DNA of 61,233 nucleotides from Candidatus Odyssella sp. Its GTDB lineage: Bacteria > Pseudomonadota > Alphaproteobacteria > Paracaedibacterales > CAITNM01. Numbering within the stretch: position 1 is the stretch's first letter; each line of letters starts with the position of its first letter. The DNA is taken from contig DYTB01000006.1 in the NCBI GenBank assembly GCA_020726185.1, positions 1-61,233 of the forward strand, given 5' to 3'. Positions 39,927 through 51,455 of the stretch are shown here, piece after piece. Both the position numbers and the translations under genes were made by a program. The notes below the pieces were generated by a model that worked only from the letters and a program-made list of their open reading frames with translations, did not search any database and was not told the DNA's origin.

Positions 39927-40763
39927 ATGAAAAATGTCATCAATACGACGTTGCTGTTATTACTTTTCCTCCTATGCTGCCTAGATGCAAAGATGCCTGA
40001 AGGTCAAAAAATTAGTGCTAAGGACTTTGTTCATAAACTCAGCACTTCTCTAGATAAGTCAGAAAAGTTAGATGATCTCGTAAAAGTATATAGGAGTGAG
40101 CTATACGGTGATGTAGGTTTTACAGATGATAAACCTGTAATGAGTTATTTAGCAGTTCATAGCGATATGGAAAAACGAAAATTACCTGTTGAAATTGAAA
40201 AGGATTATAAAAAGCGCAAAGAAGTATTTAAGCATCGCCTTTCCTCAGTATCAACAAAAGGAAAATATGAAACATCAGATGAGCTAGAAATGTTTTATGC
40301 AGAGTTTATAAAAAAATTTCTTGCCTACCATAGGGATTATTTTAAAAATGAGCTTCTTTTAAAAATAAAAGGTAATAATGACCTTGATCATGTAGATAAA
40401 GCCACTTTTTGGATGCTTTTTGCCAGCACTAACTTATTTCCCTTTCAAATTCAAGCAAAGCATATAGATATACAAATTTTCAAAATTGAAAGTACAAGCA
40501 ACTTGATTCTTCTTTGTGGTGAAGAAGAAGATACAGGAATTGATTACGTTCCATACTATTACAACTTAGAAACGCAACAAATTTTTAGATGCACATCTGA
40601 CAAAGGTGAACCTATCACTTTCCTTCCAAGCTATAACGACAAAAGAGACAGTGTGCTAATGAACTGGAATGACCTAATACTTACATGCAATTATCAGGGT
40701 CACACTAGCGAATACACGTTTAGTGTCGGTCAAAAAATAGCGAAACTAAATAGATCAAAATGA
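39927..40763 (+). CDS. Secreted hypothetical protein
   Basis: AAGGA RBS and signal peptide MKNVINTTLLLLLFLLCCLDA; no family recognised. Confidence 0.6.
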   Translation: MKNVINTTLLLLLFLLCCLDAKMPEGQKISAKDFVHKLSTSLDKSEKLDDLVKVYRSELYGDVGFTDDKPVMSYLAVHSDMEKRKLPVEIEKDYKKRKEVFKHRLSSVSTKGKYETSDELEMFYAEFIKKFLAYHRDYFKNELLLKIKGNNDLDHVDKATFWMLFASTNLFPFQIQAKHIDIQIFKIESTSNLILLCGEEEDTGIDYVPYYYNLETQQIFRCTSDKGEPITFLPSYNDKRDSVLMNWNDLILTCNYQGHTSEYTFSVGQKIAKLNRSK

Positions 40764-40860
40764 ATGAATCATTTTTTTCATTTTTTTTTCAAATTCCCTA
40801 TTGTGAAAATTTTAAAAGTTTTGTGTACTATATGAAGGCGTCTTTTAATTTGGATTGTTG

Positions 40861-41271
40861 ATGAACCAAGAAATAAATGGTTACTTACCTGAAGATAACG
40901 AAACTTTCATGAACCCTAAACAGCTAGAGTACTTTAAAACCAAGCTCATTAGCTGGCGTGACCAAATATTAAAAGACTGTTCTGAAACTATTACTGATTT
41001 GCAGGACAACCAAGTTGAAGCAGATGTTATTGATGCAGCAGCAAAAGAAGCAGACTATAAACTAACTTTACGAGCTAGAAATCGTGATTTTAAGCTTCTT
41101 AAAAAAATAGACGAGGCCCTAAGCCGCATTGATAATGGAACTTATGGTTACTGCGAAGAAACCGGCGAACCAATTGGTGTAAAAAGACTAGAAGCTCGCC
41201 CTATTGCTACCCTTGGCATTGAAGCACAAGAGCGTCATGAGCGTGAAGAACGCACTCATCGCGACGTTTAG
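40861..41271 (+). CDS. dksA: RNA polymerase-binding factor DksA (alphaproteobacterial one-cysteine type)
   Basis: FMNPKQLEYFK, DVIDAA and YGYCEETGEPIGVKRLEARP. Confidence 0.95.
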   Translation: MNQEINGYLPEDNETFMNPKQLEYFKTKLISWRDQILKDCSETITDLQDNQVEADVIDAAAKEADYKLTLRARNRDFKLLKKIDEALSRIDNGTYGYCEETGEPIGVKRLEARPIATLGIEAQERHEREERTHRDV

Positions 41272-41365
41272 GTTAGCTTTTAATTACACAGTATCTTGAC
41301 GAAACAGCTCTATTTTGAGATAATTAGTAGCTGAATTTCTAATATTATTAATGTAGGAGGGGTTA

Positions 41366-42628
41366 TTGCTGGATTTACATCTACATTATAAACGTTTAGG
41401 GACAGCCTTAGCTTTGGTTATGGTCCTTTTTGGGTCAACTCGCGCTTTTAAACATTATTATTCAGTAGAACAAATTCCATCAGAGCTAGCAGCAAATCCT
41501 ACACCCCCCGTTGCACCAATCATAGAAGAAACCACGCTTACCCTTGCAAGCGGTGGTAGCGTACAAAAACTTTTAACCGGTTTTGGCGTTAATAAAGAGT
41601 CTGCACTTCAAATAGCAAATGCTTTTGCGCAATTCGTACCTCATAATAAATTAAAGTCAGGCCAAGATTTTAACGTTCGTTACAAACGCTCTGAACAAGG
41701 TGTGGAAATTGAATCATTCCATTCACAATCTTCAATTGATCAAAAAATTATCATCACAAAGGCAGATGGAAATTACATCAGCAAGGCTGAGAAAATTCAC
41801 TTAACACCTGTTGTGCATGTTTTTGAAGGAAATGTTCATTCTAGTTTTTACAGCGCTGCTATGAAAGCTGGTGTACCTACAAAGCTAGTTCAAGAAGCCG
41901 TTGATGTTTTAAGTTATGTTGTAAACTTCCAGCATGGTATACAACCTGGCGCTTCCTTTAAAATTTTGTGTAATGCGTTACGCAATGATAAAGGTGATAT
42001 CGTAAAAATTGAACAATTGCGTTTTGTTTCATTAAAAACAGGACAACAAGATCATAAGCTTTTCGCTTTTACAGAAAATGGTAAAATGCGTTTTTTCAAT
42101 GAAAAGGGAGAAAGCGTTGTGCGCTCTCTTTTGCAAACTCCATTAAATGCTACAAAACTATGTGTGACTTCAGGCTTCGGCATGAGACGCCACCCGTTAC
42201 TCGGATATAACAAACAACATAAAGGTGTAGACTTTGGTGCACCAACAGGAACGCCAGTCTTAGCAGCAGGAGAAGGACGAGTAGTTGCCTGTGGTTGGAG
42301 TGGTGGATACGGTAACCGCGTACATATACGACATAGCGGAGGGTACGAAACTGTTTATGCTCATTTAAAATTTATCAATAAGAACATTAAACCAGGAGCT
42401 GCAGTTTCTCAACGCCAAGTTTTAGGTGGTGTTGGAATGACAGGATCTGCCACGGGACCTCACTTACATTTTGAAGTTATTTTAAATAAGCACCATATTA
42501 ACCCCATGAAGGTACAAGCGTTACCATCCTTAAAGCTTACAGGCGGATCATTAAAAAAATTTGAAACTGTAAAATCAGCTACTCAAAAGGAAATGGTAGA
42601 CTTCATACAAACCAAAGCCGTTGCTTAA
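41366..42628 (+). CDS. M23 family peptidoglycan endopeptidase
   Basis: HKGVDFGAPTGTP, YAHL and TGPHLHFE; N-terminal anchor. Confidence 0.9.
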   Translation: MLDLHLHYKRLGTALALVMVLFGSTRAFKHYYSVEQIPSELAANPTPPVAPIIEETTLTLASGGSVQKLLTGFGVNKESALQIANAFAQFVPHNKLKSGQDFNVRYKRSEQGVEIESFHSQSSIDQKIIITKADGNYISKAEKIHLTPVVHVFEGNVHSSFYSAAMKAGVPTKLVQEAVDVLSYVVNFQHGIQPGASFKILCNALRNDKGDIVKIEQLRFVSLKTGQQDHKLFAFTENGKMRFFNEKGESVVRSLLQTPLNATKLCVTSGFGMRRHPLLGYNKQHKGVDFGAPTGTPVLAAGEGRVVACGWSGGYGNRVHIRHSGGYETVYAHLKFINKNIKPGAAVSQRQVLGGVGMTGSATGPHLHFEVILNKHHINPMKVQALPSLKLTGGSLKKFETVKSATQKEMVDFIQTKAVA

Positions 42629-42642
42629 TTATACTTTTTTGA

Positions 42643-42671
42643 CTTGAATTTTCACTAAAGAACACCTATAT
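42643..42671 (+). promoter_or_regulatory. Alphaproteobacterial RpoH/RpoD-type promoter
   Basis: CTTGAA-N16-CCTATAT, pointing into a ~180-bp gap with no annotated gene. Confidence 0.55.
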
Positions 42672-42677
42672 ACCTAC

Positions 42678-42845
42678 TGATACTAGAACCTTCATTAGGT
42701 TGTATGTTTAAAAATGGTCATTTGTGATTTTAACAAGTCTCAATATGGGAACTGGTGTGTACATAAGTCTTGAAATGCACGCGTGGAATATGAATAGATT
42801 CTATAGACAGCTAAACGAATTTCGTGAAAATTTTTAAACAAAAAT
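42678..42845 (+). ncRNA. Putative structured small RNA (possibly 6S-like)
   Basis: Downstream of the promoter. TGTTTAAAAAT (42705-15) pairs with ATTTTTAAACA (42830-40); nested GTCT/AGAC and GTGTGTA/TGCACGC pairings. Ends are approximate. Confidence 0.3.
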
Positions 42846-42851
42846 TCTCAA

Positions 42852-44279
42852 CTACTGTAAATTTCCAAATTTTGTAAACTTACCATCGAAAAATAGCTTC
42901 ACGGTTCCAACTGGGCCGTGACGTTGTTTTGCAATAATAATTTCTGCTTGGTTTTGCACTTTAGACATGCGTTGCTGCCATTCAAGATGCTTATCGGTAC
43001 CTATAGGTGGTTCTTTACGCGCTTCGTAGTATTCATCACGATAAATAAACATCACTACGTCGGCATCTTGCTCGATTGACCCAGATTCACGCAAGTCAGC
43101 AAGTTGAGGGCGCTTATCTTCACGTTGCTCCACAGCACGAGACAGCTGAGACATAGCAATCACAGGAACGTTTAGTTCCTTAGCCAAAGCTTTCAATCCT
43201 CGAGATATGTCAGAAATCTCCTGAACACGGCTATCTCCGCTTTTGTTTTTTCCTGAACCCTCTAACAGCTGTAAGTAGTCCACAACAATCAATCCAATGC
43301 CGTGCTGACGTTGTAAACGACGTGCACGGTTACGGAGGGCTGTTACCGTTAACGCTGGAGTGTCATCAATGAATAGCCCCAAGTTTTCAATTAATCGGCT
43401 GGCTGAAACCAATCCGGGAAAATCTTCTGCTTTAATGTCTCCGCGACGAATTCGATCTGATGATATTTTTGATTGTGTTGCAAGAATACGAGTAGCCAAT
43501 TGCTCAGCTGACATTTCTAATGAAAAGAAAACAGCATTTGCCCCTTCCTTAGGGTTTTCCATAAAGGCTTTTGCTGCATTAAAAGCAATGTTTGTTCCCA
43601 AAACAGTTTTGCCCATTGAAGGACGTCCTGCAACAATCAGTAAATCTGATGGATGCAAACCACCCAACCACCGGTCAATGTCAGTCAAACCAGTTGTCAC
43701 ACCGACAATTGAACTTTCTCTACGATAAGCAATTTCAGCCATTTTAACAGCTTCAGTTAATGCCGTTTTAAAGGACACAGCCCCACGAGTTGTGTCGCCA
43801 CTGCTTGCAAGATCATAAAGTTGCTTTTCAGCACCTTCAATTTTTTCCATTGCAGTATCTTCAGATTTCACATCATGAGCATCACGAATGATTGTATCGC
43901 CAATAGATGAAAGGCTACGCCGCAGGTAAAACTCATGAATCATCTGACCATAGTCACGTACACTGACAGTGCTAGAAACACCAGAAACCAAATCAACTAG
44001 GTACCCTACTCCACCTGCTTCTTGTATTAACGGGTCACCCTCTAATAACGGCTTAAGAGTGATAGGATCAGCTACCTGTGAACGTTCAATTAAGCGAGCT
44101 ATCACTTCATAAATATTTTTATGCAAAGGGTGAGAAAAATGCTCAGGCTTTAGAAACTCTGTAATAACTTCAAATGCTTGATTATTAAGCATTAAAGCAC
44201 CAAGCAACGATTGTTCAGCCTCTAAATTATGAAGGGCTTGAACTTGCTGCTGTTTATCAAAGGCTAAAACTTGAGCCAT
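42852..44279 (-). CDS. dnaB: Replicative DNA helicase
   Basis: AGRPSMGKT, FSLEMS, VDYLQL and DLRESGSIEQDAD. Confidence 0.97.
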   Translation of the reverse strand: MAQVLAFDKQQQVQALHNLEAEQSLLGALMLNNQAFEVITEFLKPEHFSHPLHKNIYEVIARLIERSQVADPITLKPLLEGDPLIQEAGGVGYLVDLVSGVSSTVSVRDYGQMIHEFYLRRSLSSIGDTIIRDAHDVKSEDTAMEKIEGAEKQLYDLASSGDTTRGAVSFKTALTEAVKMAEIAYRRESSIVGVTTGLTDIDRWLGGLHPSDLLIVAGRPSMGKTVLGTNIAFNAAKAFMENPKEGANAVFFSLEMSAEQLATRILATQSKISSDRIRRGDIKAEDFPGLVSASRLIENLGLFIDDTPALTVTALRNRARRLQRQHGIGLIVVDYLQLLEGSGKNKSGDSRVQEISDISRGLKALAKELNVPVIAMSQLSRAVEQREDKRPQLADLRESGSIEQDADVVMFIYRDEYYEARKEPPIGTDKHLEWQQRMSKVQNQAEIIIAKQRHGPVGTVKLFFDGKFTKFGNLQ

Positions 44280-44379
44280 AAATAGATTCTCCTGTTGATT
44301 TTTAAAGTACCACAGAGACGTTTCTTTACCAACTATTAATACTATTTTTATATACTAAAAAAATATAGTTTTTCATTTT

Positions 44380-45585
44380 ATGCGTTTTTTCATTGTTTTC
44401 TATTTGGCAATACACAGTGTGTGGGCAAGTCATTATGGAACTGGCTACTCATCTAGCGGACACTATTCTCAAAGTAGCTATTCAAGCAATAATTACTCTA
44501 ATAATAACTCCAGCACAGGCATGTCATTAAATCTTCCTCGGATTGATATACGTATTGAAAAATTCATATCAACCCCCAGAGAAATGGAACGTAGAGAAAA
44601 AGAAAACGGTACCGAAGAAGAAATTGAAATAGATTGGTATAAGCGAGATAAAGACGGAGAACTTGTAAAAGGAAAAAATTTCCAAAATCATGTTCTTAAA
44701 ATTTTGATAGAAGAACTTACGGAGCGCTTTAGTAAATCAGAAGCCAATCGTTCTGAAAGTGTTGAAAGTATTCTTTTGTACCTGAATCAATTTATTGGAG
44801 AAAGGTTTATTCCTGTTGCTTACCAACCCGCTATAAAAAAGATTTTTAACCGAGTACATGATCTACAAAATAAACCAGCACTACAAGTTACTAATATAGT
44901 TTTTAAGGAACTGACGGAAGCTGCGCAAAAAGCCTTTCGTGCAGGAAAGCGTGTTCAAGCTAGTGGAATAGAACGTTCTCAGTCAGTTAGGGACACTATG
45001 CAAGCTGATCCGTTACTTGTAGAATTTTTATTTATGCAACTAGTTTGGGATGCACAAAAAAGGAACAGCACACGTCAAGAGCTTTTAAATACCATTGAAA
45101 AAAACATGGTGAAAATGGAACAACTATTTGGCAGTGACCCCGCTTATACAATAGTTGGAACATTTTCCAGTCTACGTGCGACATTATTAGAAAAAGCTCA
45201 ACAAGAGTCGCCCTTCCCTGCTTTACTGAAGTATATTATTGGAATGGTGACAGAAGGAAAAAAAGAACTGGAAGAAGAACATGAGCAACTATTAGCTAAC
45301 CAAGACCAAGATGACTGGGAAGAAATAATCAAAGAAAAAGCAGAACCTGCTGTTTCAGTTTGGGTAAAAAAAGAAGTTGCCCCTAAAAAAAGTGAAGAAG
45401 AAGAACAAAAAGAATTAAAGAGAAAAAAGAAAAAGAAAAAGAAATTAGTAGAAAAAGAACAGCTCGAAAATATAAAAGAAACTGCTGTTGATTCTGTAAA
45501 AAATAAAGGTATTAAGGTTGCACAAGATAAATTTTCTAGCTTAATAGGAGATGTATTTGGCTCACTTGGTTCAATTGGTGGCTAA
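44380..45585 (+). CDS. Secreted hypothetical protein with Ser/Asn-rich N-terminus and a poly-Lys tract
   Basis: MRFFIVFYLAIHSVWA signal peptide; KRKKKKKKK near the C-terminus. Confidence 0.65.
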   Translation: MRFFIVFYLAIHSVWASHYGTGYSSSGHYSQSSYSSNNYSNNNSSTGMSLNLPRIDIRIEKFISTPREMERREKENGTEEEIEIDWYKRDKDGELVKGKNFQNHVLKILIEELTERFSKSEANRSESVESILLYLNQFIGERFIPVAYQPAIKKIFNRVHDLQNKPALQVTNIVFKELTEAAQKAFRAGKRVQASGIERSQSVRDTMQADPLLVEFLFMQLVWDAQKRNSTRQELLNTIEKNMVKMEQLFGSDPAYTIVGTFSSLRATLLEKAQQESPFPALLKYIIGMVTEGKKELEEEHEQLLANQDQDDWEEIIKEKAEPAVSVWVKKEVAPKKSEEEEQKELKRKKKKKKKLVEKEQLENIKETAVDSVKNKGIKVAQDKFSSLIGDVFGSLGSIGG

Positions 45586-45648
45586 ATTTTAAAAGTGGCA
45601 TTTGCTGGATTTCCACTGAAAATCACATCAAACACCACGTTTCTTAAT

Positions 45649-48072
45649 TCACTGTACCGTTTGTGTTGCTAGTGTCTCAGATGAAGTCAGTATTTCTTTT
45701 CCAGTCTCGTCTTCAGAATACTCAATTGGTTGAAGCTCCGTAGAAAGAGCCAATCGTAACACTTCATCAACATGTTTAACCGGAATAATCGTTAACCCTT
45801 TTGTCACGTTATCTGGTATTTCAGCGAGATCTTTTTCGTTATCATAAGGAATAATAACAGTTTTAACTCCACCACGATGAGCAGCTAGCAATTTTTCCTT
45901 TAAACCGCCAATAGGCAACACGTTACCACGTAAAGTTACCTCACCTGTCATAGCAATATCTTTACGCACAGGTATGCCGGTTAGCACAGATACAATTGAC
46001 GTACACATGGTAATACCAGCTGATGGGCCATCTTTTGGAATAGCGCCTTCAGGCACATGAATATGAATGTCTTTACGCTCAAATAAACTTGGCTTCAAGC
46101 CAAATTGTGTTGAACGAGACCGTACATAGCTGAGAGCCGCTTGAATAGACTCTTGCATTACATCACCAAGCTTACCAGTAATTTGGGTTTTTCCTTTTCC
46201 AGGTAATACAACAGCTTCGATACTCAACAATTCCCCACCTACTTCAGTCCAAGCAAGCCCAGTTGTCACACCTATCGTGTCATTCTCTTCGGCCAATCCA
46301 TATCTGAAGCGCTTAACACCTGCGTAGGTTCCTAAGTTTTCATCAGTTACCTTTAGCTGCTTAATTTTAGCACTCATGATTTCTCGAACTGCTTTTCGGC
46401 ATAAATTAGTAATCTCGCGTTCAAGACTACGCACACCTGCTTCACGCGTATAGTTACGAATAAGCGTCATCAATGCATCGTCATCAACAGAAAATTCTGC
46501 CTTTTTTAGACCATGTTGTTCCATTTGTTTTGGTAACAGATGTTCTTTTGCTATAATCAATTTTTCGTCTTCGGTGTAACCAGGAATACGGATAATTTCC
46601 ATGCGATCAAGCAAAGGTTGAGGCATTTTCAACGTGTTCGCAGTTGTAATGAACATTACATCTGAAAGATCATAATCCACTTCAAGATAGTGGTCATTGA
46701 ATGCTGCATTCTGTTCTGGATCTAGCACCTCTAGCAATGCTGATGCTGGATCACCACGGAAATCGCTGCCCAATTTATCAATTTCATCTAACAAAAATAA
46801 TGGGTTAGATGTTTTAGCTTTTTTCATTCCTTGAATAATTTTACCTGGCATTGAACCAATGTATGTACGACGATGCCCACGAATTTCAGACTCGTCACGC
46901 ACACCTCCCAAGGCCATACGTACAAAGCTACGCCCGGTTGCTTTTGCTAATGATTTTCCTAAGCTTGTTTTACCCACACCTGGTGGACCAACTAAGCATA
47001 AAATTTGACCACGCACTTTGCCAACTCTTGCTTGCACAGCAAGATATTCAAGAATACGTTCTTTAACTTTATCAAGCGCGTAATGATCTTTGTTTAGAAT
47101 ATTTTCAGCAACAGATAAATCATTTTTTGTACGACTAGGTTGTTTCCATGGCAAGTTCAAAAGCCAATCTAGATAATTGCGTAATACGGTTGATTCTGCA
47201 GAGGAAGCATTCATAGTTCGCAATTTACGAACTTCTGAAAGAGCTTTTTCTCTGGCTTCTTTCGAGAGCTTTACCTTTTTAATTTTATCTTCAAGTTCAG
47301 CAATTTCGTCTTTACCTTCTTTGCCTTCGCCCAGTTCACGGTTAATCGCTTTCAACTGTTCGTTCAGGTAATACTCACGTTGAGTCTTTTCCATTTGTTT
47401 TTTAACACGTGTACGAATTTTTTTCTCAACGTGCAAAACAGCACTTTCACTTTCAATATAACCAAGCACTTTTTCTAAACGCTTGCTGATATTAGCTGTT
47501 TCAAGCAAAATCTGCTTGTCTGGAATCTTTAAACTAAAATATGAAGCAACCGTATCTGCAAGTTTTGCAGGATCTGTAATCTGATTAACAGTTACCAGCA
47601 CTTCAGGAGGAATTTTTCTATTGAGCTTTATGTATTGTTCAAACTGCGAAACAACGGCACGTGTAAGGGCTTCCAGCTCTTCTTCAGCTCCGTCTTCCTC
47701 GTGAATAATAGAACCATACGCTTGAAAAAAAGGAGCATCATCAACGAATTGATTTAGCCGCACACGCTGTGTTCCTTCCACCAATACTTTTACAGTACCA
47801 TCTGGAAGTTTTAAAAGTTGTAATAGAGTGCCTAAAGTGCCCACTGAATACAAATCTTTTGCTTCTGGATTATCATCAGCAGGGCTTTTTTGAGTAACCA
47901 AAATAAGATCTTTTTGATTCGTAAGCATCATTTCTTCAAGTGCCAAAACCGACTTATCGCGCCCCACAAAAAGGGGAACAATCATATGGGGAAAAACAAC
48001 AATATCCCTTAAAGGTAATACTGGAAATATTTCCCCTTGATTAATTGAAAGTGGTCGGCTCTTTTTAACCAT
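45649..48072 (-). CDS. lon: Lon protease
   Basis: [22 protein letters not shown] and GGLKEK. Confidence 0.97.
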   Translation of the reverse strand: MVKKSRPLSINQGEIFPVLPLRDIVVFPHMIVPLFVGRDKSVLALEEMMLTNQKDLILVTQKSPADDNPEAKDLYSVGTLGTLLQLLKLPDGTVKVLVEGTQRVRLNQFVDDAPFFQAYGSIIHEEDGAEEELEALTRAVVSQFEQYIKLNRKIPPEVLVTVNQITDPAKLADTVASYFSLKIPDKQILLETANISKRLEKVLGYIESESAVLHVEKKIRTRVKKQMEKTQREYYLNEQLKAINRELGEGKEGKDEIAELEDKIKKVKLSKEAREKALSEVRKLRTMNASSAESTVLRNYLDWLLNLPWKQPSRTKNDLSVAENILNKDHYALDKVKERILEYLAVQARVGKVRGQILCLVGPPGVGKTSLGKSLAKATGRSFVRMALGGVRDESEIRGHRRTYIGSMPGKIIQGMKKAKTSNPLFLLDEIDKLGSDFRGDPASALLEVLDPEQNAAFNDHYLEVDYDLSDVMFITTANTLKMPQPLLDRMEIIRIPGYTEDEKLIIAKEHLLPKQMEQHGLKKAEFSVDDDALMTLIRNYTREAGVRSLEREITNLCRKAVREIMSAKIKQLKVTDENLGTYAGVKRFRYGLAEENDTIGVTTGLAWTEVGGELLSIEAVVLPGKGKTQITGKLGDVMQESIQAALSYVRSRSTQFGLKPSLFERKDIHIHVPEGAIPKDGPSAGITMCTSIVSVLTGIPVRKDIAMTGEVTLRGNVLPIGGLKEKLLAAHRGGVKTVIIPYDNEKDLAEIPDNVTKGLTIIPVKHVDEVLRLALSTELQPIEYSEDETGKEILTSSETLATQTVQ

Positions 48073-49334
48073 TAACGTGCACCTTCTTTGCGCTTAGGTT
48101 CTTCAACTTTAACAATCACAACTGGATCAGCTTTGCTGTCTATTACTTCTTTGTTAATGATAACTTCTTCCACATCTTCACGTGAAGGAAGATCATACAT
48201 TGTATCAAGTAAAACACTTTCCATAATGGAACGTAGTCCACGCGCGCCTGTTTTGCGCACGATAGCTTTTTTAGCTACAGCATGCAGTGCTTCATTATCA
48301 AAGGTTAACTTAACGTCTTCCATTTCAAACAAGCGTGCATATTGTTTTAGCAATGCGTTCTTAGGTGTAGATAAAATCTCAACCAATGCCGCTTCATCTA
48401 AATCACCTAGGGTTGCAACGACAGGTAAACGACCGATAAATTCTGGAATCAAACCAAATTTTAATAAATCTTCTGGCTCGAGGTCACGCAATAATTCTCC
48501 AACCTTATGATCTTGAGGACCTTTTACATCCACACCAAAACCTATGCCACTACCTTTTTTACGACCGGCAATAATTTTTTCCAAACCAGCAAAGGCACCA
48601 CCGCAGATAAACAAAATATTGGTTGTATCAACCTGCAAAAACTCTTGCTGTGGGTGCTTTCTTCCACCTTGAGGAGGAACGGAAGCAACAGTACCTTCCA
48701 TAATTTTAAGAAGCGCTTGTTGCACACCTTCACCTGAAACATCACGCGTGATAGAAGGATTGTCGGATTTTCGAGAAATTTTATCAACTTCATCAATATA
48801 AACAATGCCACGTTGTGCACGCTCGACATTATAATCAGCAGCTTGTAGAAGCTTCAATATGATATTTTCTACGTCTTCTCCTACATAACCAGCTTCAGTT
48901 AATGTAGTTGCATCAGCCATTGTAAAAGGTACGTCAATAATACGTGCAAGTGTTTGAGCCAATAAGGTCTTACCACTACCTGTCGGACCTACCAACATAA
49001 TGTTTGATTTAGCAATTTCCACTTCACTTCCACGGACACCATGATTAAGGCGTTTGTAATGGTTGTGCACAGCAACAGAAAGTACTTTTTTCGCATGATC
49101 TTGTCCGATTACATAGTCATCAAGAACTTTTCGAATTTCTTGAGGGGCTGGTACACCTTCAGTCAGCAAACGCGGTGTTGCACTTTCCTCTTGAATAATA
49201 TCGGTACATAGATCGACGCACTCGTCACAAATAAATACTGTTGGCCCTGCAATTAACTTGCGAACCTCATGCTGACTTTTTCCACAAAAAGAGCAATACA
49301 AGGTATTTTTGCTATCACCAGTAGATTTGCTCAT
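48072..49334 (-). CDS. clpX: ClpX ATPase
   Basis: CSFCGK zinc finger, [18 protein letters not shown] and GGRKHP. Confidence 0.97.
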   Translation of the reverse strand: MSKSTGDSKNTLYCSFCGKSQHEVRKLIAGPTVFICDECVDLCTDIIQEESATPRLLTEGVPAPQEIRKVLDDYVIGQDHAKKVLSVAVHNHYKRLNHGVRGSEVEIAKSNIMLVGPTGSGKTLLAQTLARIIDVPFTMADATTLTEAGYVGEDVENIILKLLQAADYNVERAQRGIVYIDEVDKISRKSDNPSITRDVSGEGVQQALLKIMEGTVASVPPQGGRKHPQQEFLQVDTTNILFICGGAFAGLEKIIAGRKKGSGIGFGVDVKGPQDHKVGELLRDLEPEDLLKFGLIPEFIGRLPVVATLGDLDEAALVEILSTPKNALLKQYARLFEMEDVKLTFDNEALHAVAKKAIVRKTGARGLRSIMESVLLDTMYDLPSREDVEEVIINKEVIDSKADPVVIVKVEEPKRKEGAR

Positions 49335-49408
49335 ATTTTCTCCACATCAAAAACTTATTAGCAGCGCCTAAACGCATCACTTCATACTTCAACTATGCAG
49401 CCGAAAAG

Positions 49409-49424
49409 TCAAGAAATAGTTAAC
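49409..49424. promoter_or_regulatory. CtrA-box-like site overlapping a -35 element upstream of clpX
   Basis: TCAA GAAATAG TTAAC; the minus strand reads TTAACTATTTC-TTGACT-...-CATAGT. Confidence 0.45.
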
Positions 49425-49506
49425 CAAATTGGCTTTTTTTGTGGATAAAGTGAAGTATTTTAAAGCAACTATTTAATTTTCAAAATTCAGTATTTAAGAT
49501 GCTCTA

Positions 49507-50235
49507 TTAAGAAATCTGCGTAATCATATGCCAGAGTTTTTGTGCGGTATCACGTTCCGCGTGTTTTTTATTTTTACCTTCACCTGTTGCAACGAAACCA
49601 TTTTTTAAAGAAACTTCAAGCATGTACAAAGGCGCATGATCAGGTCCTGATCTTCCAATTTCTTTATATTCTGGAATATCCATTCCACGCTTTTGTGCCC
49701 ACTCTTGCACAAGGGCTTTAGGTTCCTTTGGCAATTCTTCCAGATCGTGAATAGCATCTCCCCAGTATTTATGGATGAAATTTTGCGATGCTTCCATTCC
49801 TCCATCGATGTATAGGGCAGCTATTACTGATTCTATGCAATTTGCTAAAATTGATGTGCCTTTCAATTCGTCTTCTTTAATAGGAATAAAAGACGCTAAA
49901 TTTATACGTTCCGCGATAATATTGCAAAATTCCCTTGAAGTAAGATAAGAAAGGCGCTTGGCAAGTTTTCCTTCTTCATCATGGGTATAATGAACATACA
50001 ATGCCTCTGCTATTACTAATCCAAGAACACGATCACCTAAAAATTCTAAACGTTCAAAAGCCTTACCTTGTTTGCGTTGTTGTAAAATCGGTGGTGTGAG
50101 AGCTTGGGTAAGTAGTATTTTCCTTTTAAAGGAATACCCTAAAATATCTTCGAGCATCATTTTTAGATCCATTAAAGAATTATATTTTGCAAAAGTTAAA
50201 AAGAAAACATGAGCATATTCACTCATAAAAACCAC
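49507..50235 (-). CDS. rnc: Ribonuclease III
   Basis: ERLEFLGD and dsRBD PKALVQEWAQ...GPDHAP. True start probably further downstream (MDLKMM). Confidence 0.9.
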   Translation of the reverse strand: MVFMSEYAHVFFLTFAKYNSLMDLKMMLEDILGYSFKRKILLTQALTPPILQQRKQGKAFERLEFLGDRVLGLVIAEALYVHYTHDEEGKLAKRLSYLTSREFCNIIAERINLASFIPIKEDELKGTSILANCIESVIAALYIDGGMEASQNFIHKYWGDAIHDLEELPKEPKALVQEWAQKRGMDIPEYKEIGRSGPDHAPLYMLEVSLKNGFVATGEGKNKKHAERDTAQKLWHMITQIS

Positions 50236-50346
50236 ATGTTGATAAGATATCTCAAAGTTTATTGGAAGTACAATTTTAAAATGGTGGATTGAAATTTTTT
50301 TGCCAACCGGCTATTAAAACGTATCGTATTTTTATCAAGCAGCTGT

Positions 50347-51455
50347 ATGAGAATTGGCGTTCCAAAAGAAGTAAAAAATCATGAGTACCGAGTTGGTTTA
50401 ACAACTTTATCTGTAAAAGAGTTGATCAGTGCAGGTCATGAAGTAGTAGTTGAAACAAATGCTGGTGTGGGTATTGGGTTAACCGATGCACATTACAAAG
50501 AAGTCGGAGCTAAAATTTTAGCTACAGCAAAGGAAGTGTTCGATACTGCTGACATGATTGTTAAGGTAAAAGAGCCGCAACCAAGCGAATACAACTTGCT
50601 AAGAGAAAATCAAATTCTATTTACTTATTTACATTTGGCTCCAGATCCAGATCAAGCCAAGGGTTTAATTGATTCTAAGTGCGTAGCTATTGCATATGAA
50701 ACAGTCACTGACGAACGCGGAGGATTGCCTCTTTTAGCACCGATGAGCGAAGTTGCTGGTCGCATGTCAGTTCAAGTTGGAGCTTGGATGCTGGAAAAGA
50801 GTCAAGGTGGCAAAGGCGCGTACCAGGCGTTGAACCGGCCAGAGTTGTTGTTCTAGGCGGAGGTGTGGTTGGAGCAAATGCTGCTCGTATGGCAGCTGCA
50901 CTAGGCGCAGATGTAACTATAGTAGACCGTAATTTAAAGCGTTTGAATGAATTAGATTGGATGTTCATGGGACGCTTAAAGACTGCTTATTCAACACAAG
51001 CGATGATTGAAAAACTTGTTTCAAAAGCTGATCTTGTAATTGGAGCAGTGCTAGTTGTAGGCGCTTCTGCCCCAAGGTTAGTCACTAAAGATATGTTAAA
51101 AACAATGAGCCCTGGCAGTGTGTTAGTTGACGTTGCTATTGATCAAGGTGGGTGTTTTGAAACAAGTCGCCCTACTACTCACGCAGATCCATACTATGAA
51201 GTTGACGGTGTATTGCATTATTGCGTTACCAACATGCCTGGCGCAGTAGCGAGAACATCAACTTTTGCACTTAACAATGCGACCTTACCCTTCACAATGG
51301 CGCTAGCAAACAAAGGCTACAAACGCGCATTAATGGACGATAAGCATTTGCTTAATGGCTTAAATGTGTGCAAAGGACGAATTACTCATGAAATTGTAGC
51401 TCGTGACTTAAGCATGGAATATGTTGAGCCAGGAGTGGCCATCGTTGAAGCTTAA
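50347..51455 (+). pseudogene. ald: Alanine dehydrogenase, frameshifted at about 50818
   Basis: MRIGVPKEVKNHEYRV...GGKG in one frame and [18 protein letters not shown]...DVAIDQGG in another. The conserved VLLGG linker is missing (net -13 nt). Confidence 0.9.

Noticed and set aside
49507-50235. Inactive RNase III (ALTPP and LANCIE deviations)
   Set aside because: The ERLEFLGD signature, the second catalytic Glu and the dsRBD are intact, and such variation cannot be judged without an alignment.
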